A stretch of 64,000 nucleotides of DNA from Nageia nagi (GCA_050084985.1 JBITNC010000001.1:130138001-130202000); one strand, 5' to 3'; positions 12,815 through 27,463 are shown, counted from the first letter of the stretch. A program made the numbers and translations. Notes: generated by a model not told the origin, from the letters alone.

Positions 12815-14611
12815 TATTGATCAATATAATGTAACCTTAAGGTTTGGTCTGGTCTAGTTCTCCATTGCATACAACAATAAGGTTCTTGAAAGAGTAGAAG
12901 ATAATGGGATAGTGCACTTATGGGGGGCTTTCTACTCAATCTTCGAGTTATAGGTCGATTCCTATCTATGGTAAAGGTCAAAAGTAACTATAAAGAGGAT
13001 AAAATAAGGTAGAGTAATAATAAAGAGATAAAACTCTAAATACTAAAATAAACTAAAGCTAATAATCCTGAGCATAACCACACAAGGAGTAATCCATTGC
13101 CAAGATTAAGAATGTAAAGACTATCTTACCCTTGGGGTCTCATGGTTGCAATACATAGCCATAATTTAGAAAAACATTTCATACATAATACTTACAAAAA
13201 TAATAATAGCCACAAAATATAGAGGGAAAAATACCATTGTATTGTATTATCACATATGCAAGCACTTCATACATTGAGCAACTTTGCTAAAATATTTGAT
13301 CTTTTGAACTTCTAATAGTCCATTATTTATAAGAATATATTTACAAATGGGTGGTTTTCCAATATTACAACCCTTAATTTTCTTATTGAATAAGAATAGA
13401 AATAAAGAACTATTTACAAATGTACAACTTCAATCTATAACAATGCTAGATTGCATAATGACTTAGTACAATCATTGCCAATGTTTGGGAATCTGCAAAC
13501 TCTAAATCTTTATACCTTCTTAGCCTCATTATTTTAGATTTGTCTTTGACTATATCTTGTTACAATTGTAGCTAATTTGTCATGGTATGATTTACCATCT
13601 TGATTGGTATGGTTTGTATCTATGCTCTATCGATAGCCATCTAACTCTCTACAACCATTTATGAAGATCACTGTAGCTTTGGGTTGTGGAAACTATGAGT
13701 GAAAGGAAAGATATAATATTGAAACCTAAGGAAGAATTGCTATTTTCATGTGGAAATGAGTTGAAGTTGACACATTGAAAAATCCTTGCGGGTCAAACAT
13801 TTTTAAAAAAGTGGAATCGAGTGTTTCCCTTATCTCATAGTTCTCTTTTTAGCTTAGCGAGTCTTACTTACTTTGGTGGGGTCTATTGACTAACTGGGAA
13901 TTACCTTATCATCAATTTATTTTCAATAAAGGTGTGACATCATCACTTAAAATCAGTGGGGTTTATAGAATGAACTCACTAAAACATCTTCTGTTCCTTG
14001 GTCCTTTAGTAACACCCACTGATGGACTAACTCAATGCCCATTGATTATTGGTATATGGTACAAATTTTCCTCTAGAAATTTGTGGGCTCTAAAACATTA
14101 CTTGTTGATTGATTCAACTCAATAATGACTCATTTTTCCAATACTACTTGGAAAGGGTACCCAAGTCTACATAACCTAAATTTTATAGACTTGAAATCCT
14201 ATAAGACCCGAACTTAGACTTAGACACTTACTTCCCTTACATGTTACGATACCTTTCAAAAATGACTTAGATAAAATAAGATTTCCTTTTGGCCTCATAC
14301 CTATGTATAGTTACTAGTGGAGACCCAAATATGTTGTAAAAAACAACACCCGTATCTCAAAAAAATGGTGGTTTGAGTTATGATACAAATTAACTATGAA
14401 CTGGAAACATCAATAGTACCTAGACTTTCCTAGACTTAACAAAATTTGACAAAAATGATAAAGTATAAAGACTATACACTTATTATAATACTTACAAAAA
14501 AATGAAAGGGGAGTAATAAATAAGAATTGAAAGCATGGATCATATTGAGAAAGAATAAAATAATAGCATAATGTTTCCCTCCTTACATAGTGTAATTATG
14601 AAAGAATAATA
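12815..14611 (-). repeat. 5' LTR of element A
   Basis: Termini TATTGATC...AATAATA are decayed TGTT...AACA. Orientation is confirmed by the copy at 62227, which runs from this LTR into gag. Confidence 0.92.
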
Positions 14612-14616
14612 GTTAG

Positions 14617-15660
14617 CACTAATATTGGAGGAAGCATTAATGTTGGGGAAACACAAAAGCTAGGTATACACCTTAAAATGTTGGTACCCTCATAATAGAG
14701 AAATTTAATAGTTGGAAATGAAGGTACATTTTTTCTAGAATTTGTTAGAATTGAGCATCATCAATATTGAAGATAATAGAAATCCTTTGAGCATGGAGAT
14801 CATAAATGTTATTCTCATTAGTATAGATAAGGAAATTGAATTAGAGAAATTTAATGATGCAAGATATCCAAATAGTCATTTGTAGGGATATGTGTATATC
14901 ATAGAGTTAAAGTGTGGAATCAATGATCAGTTAAAGGCTAAATACTTTCCTATGAGTTTGATTGGTGAAGTAATAAAATGGTTTCATAATTTGGTACCTG
15001 ATTCAATTACAACATTTCAAAAGTTAAAGGATAAATTCAAAGGTCACTTACAATGTAATATTCATAGGCCTCTTGATTTGAAAAATTTGATACGTTATAA
15101 GAAAAGTTGATATGAAAGATTGGATAAGCTTGTGAAAAGATATGTGAATATTTGGAGATAAATGCAATAAACTATGGATGAGAAATTCATTGCAAATATA
15201 TTTATTGATAAAATTAACCCTATTATTGGATCTTGTGGTATTGATTATGTTAAAGTTCCCTTTATGGATATGGTTCACATGCTTATTGAAAAAGAAATGT
15301 ATATGTCAAGATCTATTCAATGTAGTATACATTTTCTACTAAGGATAATCATAAAAATTCATATCAAAGGAATGATATTAATCAAGTAAATGTGGTTGAA
15401 CCAAGTGCAAGAGAAGAAGACAAATAATCCTTTTACAAGCTATCCATATCTCCCAGACAAATGTTCAAAGATTATTTAGCAAATGAATTGATAGAACCTA
15501 AAAAAGGTAAGGTGATGTGGTGAAGGTGAAGAGGATCCCCATTGGTATAAAGAGAATAATCATTGTTTGTATCATCAAGTCAAAGGCCATTCCACTAATG
15601 TGTGTGTTGAAATGAAGAAGAAGTTGAATAAGGTTTTAAAAAAGGGAAAAGTTAATTATG
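14617..15660 (+). pseudogene. Retrotransposon gag remnant of element B
   Basis: LKAKYFPMSLIGEVIKWFHNLVPDSITTFQKLKDKF (Retrotrans_gag core) and a Tat/Ogre-type zinc knuckle WYKENNHCLYHQVKGHSTNVC. Confidence 0.82.
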
Positions 15661-17458
15661 CATGTTACTAATGAGAAATATGATAAATAAACTATAGAGA
15701 AATTTGATGATGAAGTAGACAACAATATGGTCAACATGATCACTCTTGAAGAAGATTATGCCTATGCACAACCATGTAAGAAAGTAGGTAATACTAAACT
15801 CTTTCATGATCATGATTCTTTTTCTAATAAAATTAAATTATCAAATTTATGTATGAAATTTGGTTATCATAGAGAAATTATCTATAATATTTTCAAAAAT
15901 TATTTTATTGATGTTAACATTATTACAAGTGCTATTGGAGATATATTTGATTCTTTTAGATAGGTTAGCTCAACATATTCAAAATATAGTGCATCCCTTT
16001 TACAATATACTGAAAAACAAATTGAAAGTGAATATAAAGATGAAATAGAAGAACAAATAAAAAATGAATACATTCACCAAATAGTGATTATGATTATCCA
16101 TGACAATCAACAAGAAGATGATGAATAGAAAGAGGAAGTACATGAAGATAAATTCAAAGAAGTAAGCATGAATACATATCAGGTTTTAGATATTAGGACT
16201 TTGAAACATTTTCAAAAGAGTGTCAACACAAGGATTAGCATTAAAATTATCATCACAAATTAAGAAAAATGATAACTTTTCCTAAAAGGACCACTCACAC
16301 ATATATAAATAAGGTTAAGAAAAATGATTCTACTTTTTTCCATATTTTGCTAAAAGAAAGGATGCTTTATTCAATGGGAATAAAGATCAAAGTTATATTT
16401 TGTAAGGAAACTGGCCAAGTAATGTTTCCCTTCTTTCTTATATAGGTTAGAACTATATTCTCATATATGTTAGTTATGCATCTTTATGTAGCTTAGATTT
16501 CATCATTAATTACACACTTCTGTGTTATTTGGGGGCATAATTAACCATCATTTTTTTGTTTAATGGTTGGAGATATAATTAAGCTTCATTCCTTTATGTC
16601 TTACAATCTCAATGTCTTTATGGTCATGTTATGAGGTTCATGTCTAGTATTTTTATCTATGATTTTATTTTGGTCAAGTCTTTATGTAAGTTTATCAATT
16701 CATTCATGATATCTCAAGGGAAGTCATACATGACATGGTTTAAGAAATTTCACAAGGATAGACAAAATCATTTTCAACATAGAATGGAATAGAAATAATT
16801 GGAATGTCTTAAAAGTTTATGATCAATGATTTTATATGAAATAAGGCATAACTAACTTAGTGCTAGTGCTGGGGAATATTATTAGTTTTTACTCTATCCT
16901 AGAGGCATGCCATCAGGAATGCAAAGGTTATCTCCCTTAACTCCTTTATCTCCTGTATACATGAATTATGATCTTTGTTGATGTATTATGCTTGTTATGA
17001 TAAAATATCACTATGCTCTTATTGTGATCACTTCATTATGACCACTTCATGATCACTCCCTTTATTGGTTGGGGTATTAACCATAATTTTATAATAATAG
17101 TTATGATCATTTTATTATGATATATCTTTTTTATAATTAGTGCATTAAGTATCTATATTATGACATGATTTTGAATGATATTATGATTATTTAATACCTA
17201 TATATTTTGGGAGATGATATTTACTCTTTTTTAGGTTTTTATTTGCTCTTGATTATTCTCACTCCATGGGAGCCATTCCATTTCACAATCAAGGAAAAGA
17301 GGGGGCATTATATATCATCAACCTTTGATGATCAGATGGTTCCACCAAAAAATAGGGAAGTATCAAAATTTTCTTCTTTTATCATTTATATTTCCTTGGC
17401 AAATACAATTACATTTCAATGTCATTTCATTTCATTATATTTGCAAAGGGGGGTATCT

Positions 17459-18276
17459 TTTAACACTTAAATGTGGTCCATATTAGGTTTCCTTATTATG
17501 TTTTTTATTATATTAATGTCATATTATATTATTTATGTTATGTTGCCCCACTTAATACACTTCTCATATAATTTAATCTTTATTTTTACAAGGTACCCCA
17601 ATGTTAGTGCTAGCTTATATGTGGAGTTTCTATTTCATATTTAGATGTAAGTATGATTACATGGGAAAGCATCAAGATTTCATCTTGATAATTGATACCT
17701 ACATTTAGATGTTTCTCAATACCACCTATTGAGATTGGTATCTTGTTATCACATTAGCATATATGTTATTCCACCTTCCATAATTATATATTTCACTTGA
17801 CCTTTTCAATACTCTATTGTATACTTGATCTTTGTTGCTAACTTAATATCTTTGTATGCCTAGCATCTGCACTATTATACATGTCGATACTATTATTCAA
17901 GACTCAACATTTGCATTCCTATGAGCATTCATGCTATCATTCCAATCTGTTATGCTCTATATGTATTTACATATCAAGGTTCCTATCTTTGACAAGATCC
18001 TATCTACATAAAATCTTCATTGTCCATGTAAGGTTTATAGGTATTTATTATTCACTTGATCCATATCTCATTAATATGTTTGTTATATTGATCTAATAAT
18101 CTAGATTCATTGTTTACTAGTACATTCATTGATATAAAGATTATTATTCTCAGTTATCATTACTATTGTTCCATGTTTATCTAATTTAATAATAAGGATA
18201 ATACATTATCATATATTAATATTTTAATATAGTTACTACTTAGGTTAATCCTATGGGTCACTAAAAATATTCAACA
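17459..18276 (+). repeat. Putative 3' LTR of element B
   Basis: Follows the G-run PPT, starts TTTAACAC (decayed TGTAACAC) and ends TCAACA at an abrupt junction with copia coding sequence. Partner LTR is not in the window. Confidence 0.5.
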
Positions 18277-19664
18277 CCTATATTCATGTTAATTATGAAA
18301 AAAAAAAGAGAAAATTGATCTAATGAGTGAGCCTTGAATTTTTATTTGGTATTATAAAAGTAGAAAAGCTTATAATATTTACAATCCAAAGACTAAAAAA
18401 GTGGTGGTTTAATCAAGTGTTGTGATTTTTGATGAAGAGGGAGTATATAGTAATCAAGAAGGCCAAGTTGGTAAGACCATTAGTGTTGAAAATAATAGTG
18501 TTGTTATGGGATAAACTACAAGTGTACATAGTCTTATACTAGTTGCACACAATATTCCATCAAGTATCCCAAAGGATAATTTATCAAGTGATTTATCACC
18601 AAATTGCATCACTTTTCTTCTAATGGTGAAAATATGTAAGTATTTAAACTTATTCACCAAATTAAATGTTAGAAAGAAATTTTGAAACAAGGATCATAAA
18701 AAGACATGCAAATGAAGAAGATCAAGTGGTTACAAGATTTGAGAGGCTCATGTACTTGTATGTTAATGATGATGAAGAAACCAAAGGTGAGATTGTTAAT
18801 TATACTTTAATATCTCAAGCTAAGTTTAAACCTTATTCTTTAAAAAACTATTGTAATAATGATGTGTAGGTGAAATACATATAACAAGAGATAAATTCCA
18901 TTCAAAAGAATGATACTTAGTAGATTACGAGACTTCTCTACAGTAAGAGAATTGTAGGTTCAAAGTGGTTCTAAAATATTGAGTACAATAGTGGTGGTAA
19001 TAATAAAAGATATAAGGCTAGAATTGGTTCCAAAGGATTCACACAAAGATATGGAATTGAGTATGAAGATAATGTTTCACCTATAACAAGCCTAGGAAGA
19101 GATAAATAGAATAGTCCTTACTATGAAAGCTCAAAGATAATGTAGTGTACATCACTTGGATGTGAAAGGTACCTTATTGAATGGGTATTTAGGAGATGTA
19201 TATACATATATACCTTGATATTTTATGGTGAAGAAAAAAATCCATGTATACAAGTTGAATAACCATTTTTGGCCTTAATAAAGAACAAAGGGTATGGTAT
19301 GTTTAGATACATGCATACTTTCAAAAATATGGATTCAAAAGGAGAAAGAGTTAGCCTATCCTTTATTTCAAGAGAGGAGGTAATTTTATTTTTATTTTAT
19401 GTTTGTATGTAGAGGATCTAATTTATATGGGTGGAAATTAAAAAATGAAATATGACTTCAAAAATGATATGATGAGTGAGTTTTAAATGAACAAATTAAG
19501 GTTGATTCATTAGTTTCTTATAATGGAAGTTCATCAATATGAAGATTAAATTTTTATTTGTGAACTAAGTATGCTAAAAATATGTTAAAATCTAGAGTAT
19601 AGATAAATGCAAATAGGTTTCCACTCCTATTTCATATAGAGAGAAATTATTCAAAAGAAGATTT
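18277..19664 (+). mobile_element. Ty1/copia fragment (INT C-terminus/SH3 plus RT), decayed and truncated
   Basis: YIHV...KAYNIYNPKTKKVV...VIFDE; QEINSIQKNDT; [20 protein letters not shown]; HHLDVK; LCLYVEDLIYMG (decayed YVDD). INT precedes RT, the copia order. Confidence 0.88.
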
Positions 19665-21280
19665 TGATAGCATTTAATAATAAAGATTACAAAAATATTA
19701 GGGTATAAAAATGCTTTGGTTAACCAAAATAAACTTAAAAAAAGTGTTATTTTTAATTATGTATTGATAAATATCATCTCCATATTTCTATAAACTATTT
19801 ATATGCATCAAATGAATTTGTAAAACATTTGGAATCTTACCTTAAATATCTAGTCACCAAAAATGATTGCAGTCTAGCAATATGAGAAAAAGTGGTGAAT
19901 TAACCAATCAAACTTGAAAAAAGTATCAAGTATGTTATATGTTTGGAAATATATATGAGAGATATTTCCAATAATTACTCACATACCTTAATTAAATGAG
20001 TATAACTTGATCAATTTACTTTTGAAGTTGAGGTATATCAACAAGTTCTTCAAGTTAACTAAATGACCTTGAAACTATTTGATCAATTGAAGTGAAAATT
20101 TTACCAAATATCCACCACAATGAAGTATATTGTATAATATATCAATGGATAGATATGAAGAATCATTTCTAATGGTGAAAAAATGAACAAAAAAGGAGTT
20201 TCAATTTCTAGCAATTTATGTCAAGATACAAGTTATATGTTATGTTGATCAATTAAGACTATTCATAGACTAAAATAGTATGCCTAGAATATGGAGTTTT
20301 TAATTTATCACATCAAATATAAAGAGTATATTTTATATATATATGGAAATATTAAGAAATTATATTTTCAATGATTTAGAATTTATAAAATTTAAATAAA
20401 TATAAGTGCATAAAATCTTAGGAGGAAGTGAATGTATTCATGGAATACTAGTGAGATTGGTTGGGTAAGTGCATAGTGGAAAATTATGAAATATAGTATC
20501 TATTTGAATACAAAGTATAGAAAATAGTATATGGTTAAAAATTTCTTTGAAATAACTATTTTACAAAAAATGAACCATACTAAATGGAGTTCCAAAATAA
20601 AAGTTACAACCCCTAAAAGTAAATTAGTCTATATGAAAGAGTTTGAAATAATCATGTTTATCTCCAAATCTAATGCATGAAATGAGAAATAAATGAACAT
20701 ATAATAGGATAAAATACCATGAAATGGATTAATATTACCTTTATATAGATCAAAAATTGATATATGATACTTTAAGAATGATTTCTTGATTACTGTATAC
20801 CCAAAAATTGAAACATAAACTCACTAGCTATTGGAAGTAAAAGTTGCATTTTTTCCTCTTGGTATTGATATTGAAAAATTATGGAAAATAAATTACAATA
20901 TAATTAGAAAAAATATCCTTTTGCATGCATTAAGAAATGAGGATAATTATTTGATGCTCCAAAATATTGATAGAAATAATGGTGTATCCATGAAATTTTA
21001 AAAGACTGTAATGTTTTCCATACCTAAGTACAAACTCAAATAGGGTTAATACAAAATAAAAGAGAGGATCTACTCTTGTAATAAAATTTGTAAACCTAGA
21101 TGAAAGACAAAAAAATCCTTAGATGATAATGATTCCAATCCTTAGCAGACTCCTTTATGGTGAGATGTAAACTCTTCTCCTCTTACCTCCAGAGATACAA
21201 AGATAGTTTTATCATCTTTAGAGTCTGATATTTTAGTGAAAATGCATAATACACAAAAGGATTTAGTTTAAACCAAAAAG

Positions 21281-22008
21281 TGATCTGTAATCACCATATT
21301 CTTATATCATACTTGGATCCTCACTTACAAATTTGAAAATGAAAAATAATACCATTATTTTTTTATGCATTGAATTGTATATGTAAATTGATAATTAAAT
21401 GAATACTAAAACAATAGTGAATATATTCAATCTTATCCACACATATAATAATATTAACATATTAATTTATCTTTGTTCACCCAATGTGGGCTAATCTAGC
21501 ATGTAACGGGAAAACTTATCTTATATTATCTATAGAGCATTAAAATATGTAGATGTACAATGGAGATACCATCAAAATGATTTCAATACATCTCTTATAA
21601 ACCTCTTCAATGCTCCTACACAATTAGAGAATCTACTACAATAGAGAATAAATAATTTTAGAATATGACCCTTGGTATTCTTTTTAAAACACTCTCTAAC
21701 TCTTCCAACTAACCTCTTAATATTGGAGAAGAATACTACAAATAGATTCAAAAATACCAATTGATAATGGCTCATACCTATAATGGTTTAACTTCTTAAA
21801 TGACCTTGTCCCTCCAATTTCTTGCCAAACATGATCCAAACCTATAGCATGGATTCCATGTAAACCTCTATCAACATGGTACTAGTGCTATCCTTCTTGT
21901 GAGATCAAGCTATTATATTTTAAACATCATCTAACCTCCAAGCATAATAACCTCTAGGATAGCTACTTATCTTGAAGATATCAACCTATAGATCCATTCT
22001 AGATTACA
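21281..22008 (-). repeat. 3' LTR of element C
   Basis: TGATC...TTACA; colinear with 26761-27463. Confidence 0.88.
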
Positions 22009-25000
22009 CCTCCCTAATAGGGAAGCATTTAGTCCCACAAATGCTTATGGAAAAAATATGAGGATATAACTCCTCCACCTTAGATTTTTCCATCCACTTG
22101 CCTTTGTTAGGCATTTTTACTTTTAGTCTAACCAACCATAGATCATTCTCACCCCTTCTTGTATCATGAACTTTCTTTTGCAATATGGAGTCCTCCTTGA
22201 TATGACAAGCTAAATCATTAAGAGATGAAAAAAATTGATCTAAACTTGCTTCATCTTTAGTTAACATGGATGGATAATATAATTTTAAGTTCTCCACATT
22301 CACAACTAAATAGATATTCATATATATGGGTAGATTCAATCTAAATGCATTCTCACTCACTTGATCCATAATTTCAAATGGTCAATACCTTATAGGTTTT
22401 AACCTCTTGTTTGGTCCTTGCAACCTTTCCTTACTAATATACAACCAAACATGATCTCCCATATGAAACTTATGGTCAATCCTATGCTTATCATACCTCA
22501 ACTTGTACTTAGCTTGGCTTTCCATGAGTTTCTCCTAAACTTTCAAATGAATTTTCCTAATTATTTTCACAAATGTTTTAGCTTACTTTTCTTTCTTCAC
22601 AAGAGTTTATCCTTCATCCTTTTACTGATCAAACACATAATCAAAAGGTGAGGGTGGAAAATAACCAAAACAAGTCTCAAATGGATTTTTATTAATGGAG
22701 GAATGAATTACCCTATTATATGAGTGTTGAATATACTCAAGATATTCATCCCAAGACTTAGGATGCTTGCTATAATAATTTCTAAAGAGTTGAACTACTT
22801 TCCTATTCACCACTATAGTTTTTTCATTTGTTTGAGGATGAAATATAGTAATTCTCTTCAACCTTGTATCCATTTTCTCCCATAAACTAGTCTAAAAGTT
22901 AATAAAAATATATTATCCATATCAAAAATAATAATAGTAGGCAACCCAAAATGAACCCAAATAGGAGAAAAGAATAAATTTGCAACTTCTTATCTTGTTA
23001 TATGGGATTAAAACACACATCATGCTAAACCTTTCCACCACAACAAACAAATAGTCATGCCCCTTCTTAGACATAGGAAAACCTCCCATAAAATCCATTG
23101 ACATACACTCCCAAGGATGATTTAGTGTTGGAAGTGGCTGATACAAATCCAATTTGATTTTACTAAGCTTACTTGTGCAACATAAAGAACACCCTCTAAT
23201 GTATTTATAAACTTCATCTTGCATCTTGGGACAATACAAATACCTTTAAAAATTATGTAATATCTTTCTAAGCCCAAAATTACTAGTTATCTTATATGTA
23301 TGAGCTTCTCTTATCAATCCAATTCTCTCCCCTTTAGGAACACATAATGCATTAAAATGATAAAGAATTTCATATTTCAAATAAAAATTATCCATATATT
23401 CATAATCTAATCTAGATGAAACCAACCTCTGATATACTTATCTAAAATCATTGTCATGATTATATGATTCTGAATATGCCTCAAAGATAAAAGGATAAAA
23501 CTTCATGACTATCAAGGAACCCACATTTACTTCTATGCACAATATCAACATCTTGAAGATAGAAATGCATGGTATTGACATTATGATTACTATATAAATA
23601 GGTGGTATGGAAAGCATATCTACAATCTTATTCTTGTAGCCCTTCTTATACTTGATAATCAGGTGAAATTGTTACAGAAAACTCATCCATCTAAAGTGTC
23701 TAGTTTGTTGTAACTTTGATTAAGTTTGCAAATATTTCAATGGGTGATAATCAGTATGTATGACTATATACTTACTCATCAAGTAATGTTTACACTTCTT
23801 TACTACCTTAACTAATGCATACAACTCCTTATCATACATAGGGTAATTCAAAATTAACCCATTAAACTTTTCATAATGGTAGCATATTGGTATTCCTCCT
23901 TGTAACAAAATTGCCCCCATGGCATATAATCACTTGCATCAGTCTCAATTTCAAAAGGCTTTTGCAAATAAATAAGTGCCAAAATAGGTATATTAAAAAT
24001 ATTTTTCTTTAAATTTTAAAAATATGATTGTTGTTTCTTTCCCCATTAAAAAAATTTCCTCTTATCATTAACATCATGTAAAGGTGAAGCAATATGAGAG
24101 AAATCAATAATAAGTTTTTTCAAATACTAAATAGCACCTAAAAAACTCCTTACTTTCATGACATTAGATGGTCTAGGTTAATCTACTATAGCACTAACCT
24201 TTTTAGGATTTATTTTAAGTTGTCCACAACCAATCATATTGCCTAAAAAACACCAAAGGTTGCATACCAAACTCACACTTCTTTATCTTCAAAAGCAAGT
24301 TCTCATTTTAAAAGTTTGGAGTAATTTTCTAAGATGTACCAAATATTTCTCCCAAGTAGAATAAAATACAATAATATCATCCAAGTAAACAACAAATGAA
24401 TCAATAAATGGATGAAGAACTTCATTCATTAACCTCATAAATATGGCTAGTGCATTACGCAAATCAAATGGGAAAATAAGACACTCAAATAGGCCTTTTC
24501 TTGTCTTGAAGGTGGTCTTTCAAATATCCTCCTCCTTGATCCCTACTTGATAATATCCATTTCTCAGGTCTAACTTGGTGAAGAAACTTGCCTCTTACAA
24601 CTAATCCAAAAGATATTCTATCTGAGATAATGGATAGCGATTCTTGATGGTGATTTTATTTAATGCTCTATAATAAATACACATACTCCAAGTTTGATCC
24701 TTATTTGGAACCAAAGATATAGGTGACCCACATGGAGATGTACTAGTTCTAATAACACCATGATCAACCAACTTTGAATTTGCCTTTTAATCTCCTTTTT
24801 CTCTAAAATTGATTATCTATACAATTCTATAATAGGAAAAGAAGCATCAAGAAATAGTTGAATCTCATGTTGTATATCCTACACAAGAGGTAGTCCCTTA
24901 GGATCTACAAATACCTCAATAAAAACTTAAACTAATATTTTTTATCTCATACTCTATACTGCATAGCATTGGCACTCTTGAGTCAAAACTACATGACATG

Positions 25001-26743
25001 GATCCTATGATCTTAATAGACCCAAACTCTTCGTCCCTGATAATGAGTAGGAAAAATTGCTTACTAGTATTGATCATTCATTTGACCTAATTGGTAGTGA
25101 CCAAAGGTAAATTTTTGTTACTATTATGATTACTAACATGAAAAACCTTTCCATCCTTAACCAATTTATACTTATTTAATATTTTTTAATAAAGAGCATC
25201 TCTATACCATAAATAAAGATTTCAAAAAATAATACCATAAATATCTAATGGAACAACATCAACCACAACTTCATCAATGTACTTTACACAAATAGAAAAT
25301 TTTAATTTACATTGCATAATAACTTGAAGACTAACATCTTTATGCACCCATCCTAAGGGATATGGGTGAGGATGGTTATAGGTCTTCAATCCCAAATTAC
25401 TCACTATAGACTCACGAATCAGATTTGGTTGAGAACCTAGATCAATGATGTGATCACTCTTATCTTCTTGATTTGAATCTTTAGGTGGAAGAAATGAATT
25501 ATTTATTCTTCAATGTATTTTTATTCTCCAACCTTCTAAATGGCTTAACAATTAAGCTTCTCATCAACATCAAAACTTCCCTCAACATCCTCACATCTAT
25601 TGACCATATCATTTTTCTTCTCCTTTATCTTTTTCTTATATGGATGTAATATCAAATGAAGTTTCTTGCATTTCTCTGCAACATAACATTCCTTATCATA
25701 ATGATTAAAATTACTATTCTCATCCTCTTTCTTTGAGGTATTAGTAGTTTTAGTAACTTGCTTATCTTTATCTTTCTCTTGAGATTTCCTTTTATCCTAT
25801 TTCCCCTTTGAACTTGAAGCCTTCTTGGAGTCTTCATATTGCCTTCTTTCCTTACTATATTTATCCAAATATTGTGCTTGAACACAAAATTTATCAAGAT
25901 TTGAAGGATTGAACAACATGATAGTCTTTTGTAAATGACTATGCATCTCTCCAATGTACTTTATCAATGCTTGAGGATCTTTGAGTGAAACCCCAAGTAA
26001 AGTAGTTTTCTTCCTAAATTTGGTGGTGTATTATTGAAATGATTTCCATATTTATTGTCTAAAGAATTATCATTTCATCAATTTCTTATTGTGATATCCC
26101 AAAGGATAGAATTGATCCTTCAATAATCTCTTGAATTCTCCCTAAGAAGAGACTTCTAGATGCTTTTCATGTTTAAGAGTTTTAATATGAATTTCCCACT
26201 AAATCAATGCATGTCTACCCATATTCAATCTTGTAAGAGAGACTTTATTAATGTCACCAAAAAACTATTATATCCAAAAGCATACCTCTAATTGCTTCAA
26301 CTAATTATTCAATTTATAAACATCAACTTATCCATGAAAAGTAGGGAACTCCACCTTTTCCTCTACCTTAAATGGAATGGAATGATATGATGATGATACA
26401 TTAGGTCCTATTTCTACTCCACTATGATGTTTCCTATTATTACTATTCTATGAATGAAATCCAGCCAAGAGCTTAGTTAGTATTACCAAATAATCTCTAT
26501 TACAACAAATCTCCTCTGAAAATCAACATCCAACATGGTTTGAAATTTCTCAAGAGGTCCTTCATTAACTAGCTCCATAATATTTGATCTTCTCCATCTA
26601 CTATTATTAGGATCATTGAGAAATAATTCACCTCTTTGAGATATCCTTATGAATAACAATAATCATGGTGTAGGTGCTCTACAAATAGGCTCACATGGCA
26701 CTGTAAAATACATAGAAAATCCCTACAAAACTTTGATAACTTA

Positions 26744-26758
26744 CACTCTGATATACCA
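26744..26758 (-). promoter_or_regulatory. Primer-binding site (tRNA-Met-i) of element C
   Basis: Minus strand TGGTATATCAGAGT, i.e. TGGTATCAGAGC with a 2-nt AT slip, 2 nt from the LTR end. Confidence 0.8.
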
Positions 26759-26760
26759 TA

Positions 26761-27463
26761 TGATTCTTAATCATTGGATGCGTATAGCATACTCAAATCC
26801 TCACTTATAGATTCAAAAATTAAAATAATACCATTAAGTTATCCATCAAATTTTATATGTAAATTGATAATTGAATGAACATTGAAACATCAATGAATAT
26901 AATCAATCTCATCCACACACACACAATAATATTAACATAGTGATTTACCTTGGTTCACCTAATGTGGGCTAATCCAACTTGGAATAGGAGCACTTCCCTT
27001 ATATTATCGATAGAGAATTATAATATGCACATGTACAATGGAGATACCATCAAAATGACAATAATATATCTCTTACAAACCTATACAATACTCCTACATA
27101 ATCATAGAATCTACTACAACATAGAATGAATAATTTTACAAGATGACCCTTGTTCTTCTTTGTAAAACCCTCTATAACTCTTCCAATGAAACCCTCAACA
27201 ATGGATAAGATAGCTAAAAATAGATTTAGAATCACCAACTGACAATGATTCATCTCTAAAATGGTATAACTTCTGAAACAACCTCATCCCTTCAATTTAT
27301 CACCAAATTCGATCCAAATATACAACATGGATGCCCTAAAAACCTTTGTTAGCTTGGCAATGATATTGTCATTCTTATGAGTTTAGGCCACCAAATTTTA
27401 ACTTTAGCTAGTCTCTAAGCATAGTAACCTTTGGGATATATCCTACTCCTTGAGAGATCATCA
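26761..27463 (-). repeat. 5' LTR of element C
   Basis: TGATT...ATCA; adjacent to the PBS. Confidence 0.88.

Larger units (their letters stand above)
510..14611 (-). mobile_element. Element A: complete, decayed Ty3/gypsy Tat-lineage (TatII-like) LTR retrotransposon
   Basis: Two alignable ~1.75-kb LTRs (510-2240, 12815-14611). Perfect 5-bp TSD GTTAG at 505-509 and 14612-14616. Minus-strand gag, protease, aRH, RT, RH and INT remnants with many stops and frameshifts. Confidence 0.93.
1..18276 (+). mobile_element. Element B: non-autonomous Tat/Ogre-like LTR element (gag only), interrupted by element A; 5' end outside window
   Basis: ATG at 478 in AAAAACATGGC context reads through the TSD into 14617 onward. 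Gag remnant 14840-15660. No pol. PPT AAAGGGGGG at 17445-17453, then an LTR-like segment ending ...TCAACA at 18276. Confidence 0.6.
21281..27463 (-). mobile_element. Element C: complete, decayed Ty3/gypsy chromovirus (CRM-like protease/RT, C-terminal chromodomain)
   Basis: LTRs at 21281-22008 and 26761-27463; Met-i PBS; PPT AGGGAGG next to the left LTR. Protease HPHPYPLGWV...DEVVVDVVPLD; RT VVYLDD; RH YPMYDKELYALV; INT PWECMSMDFMGGFP...FHPQTN. TSD unclear. Confidence 0.92.

Noticed and set aside
19665-21100. AT-rich block interrupting the copia RT, possibly another LTR
   Set aside because: Probably repetitive, but no partner LTR, PBS/PPT or coding motif could be established.
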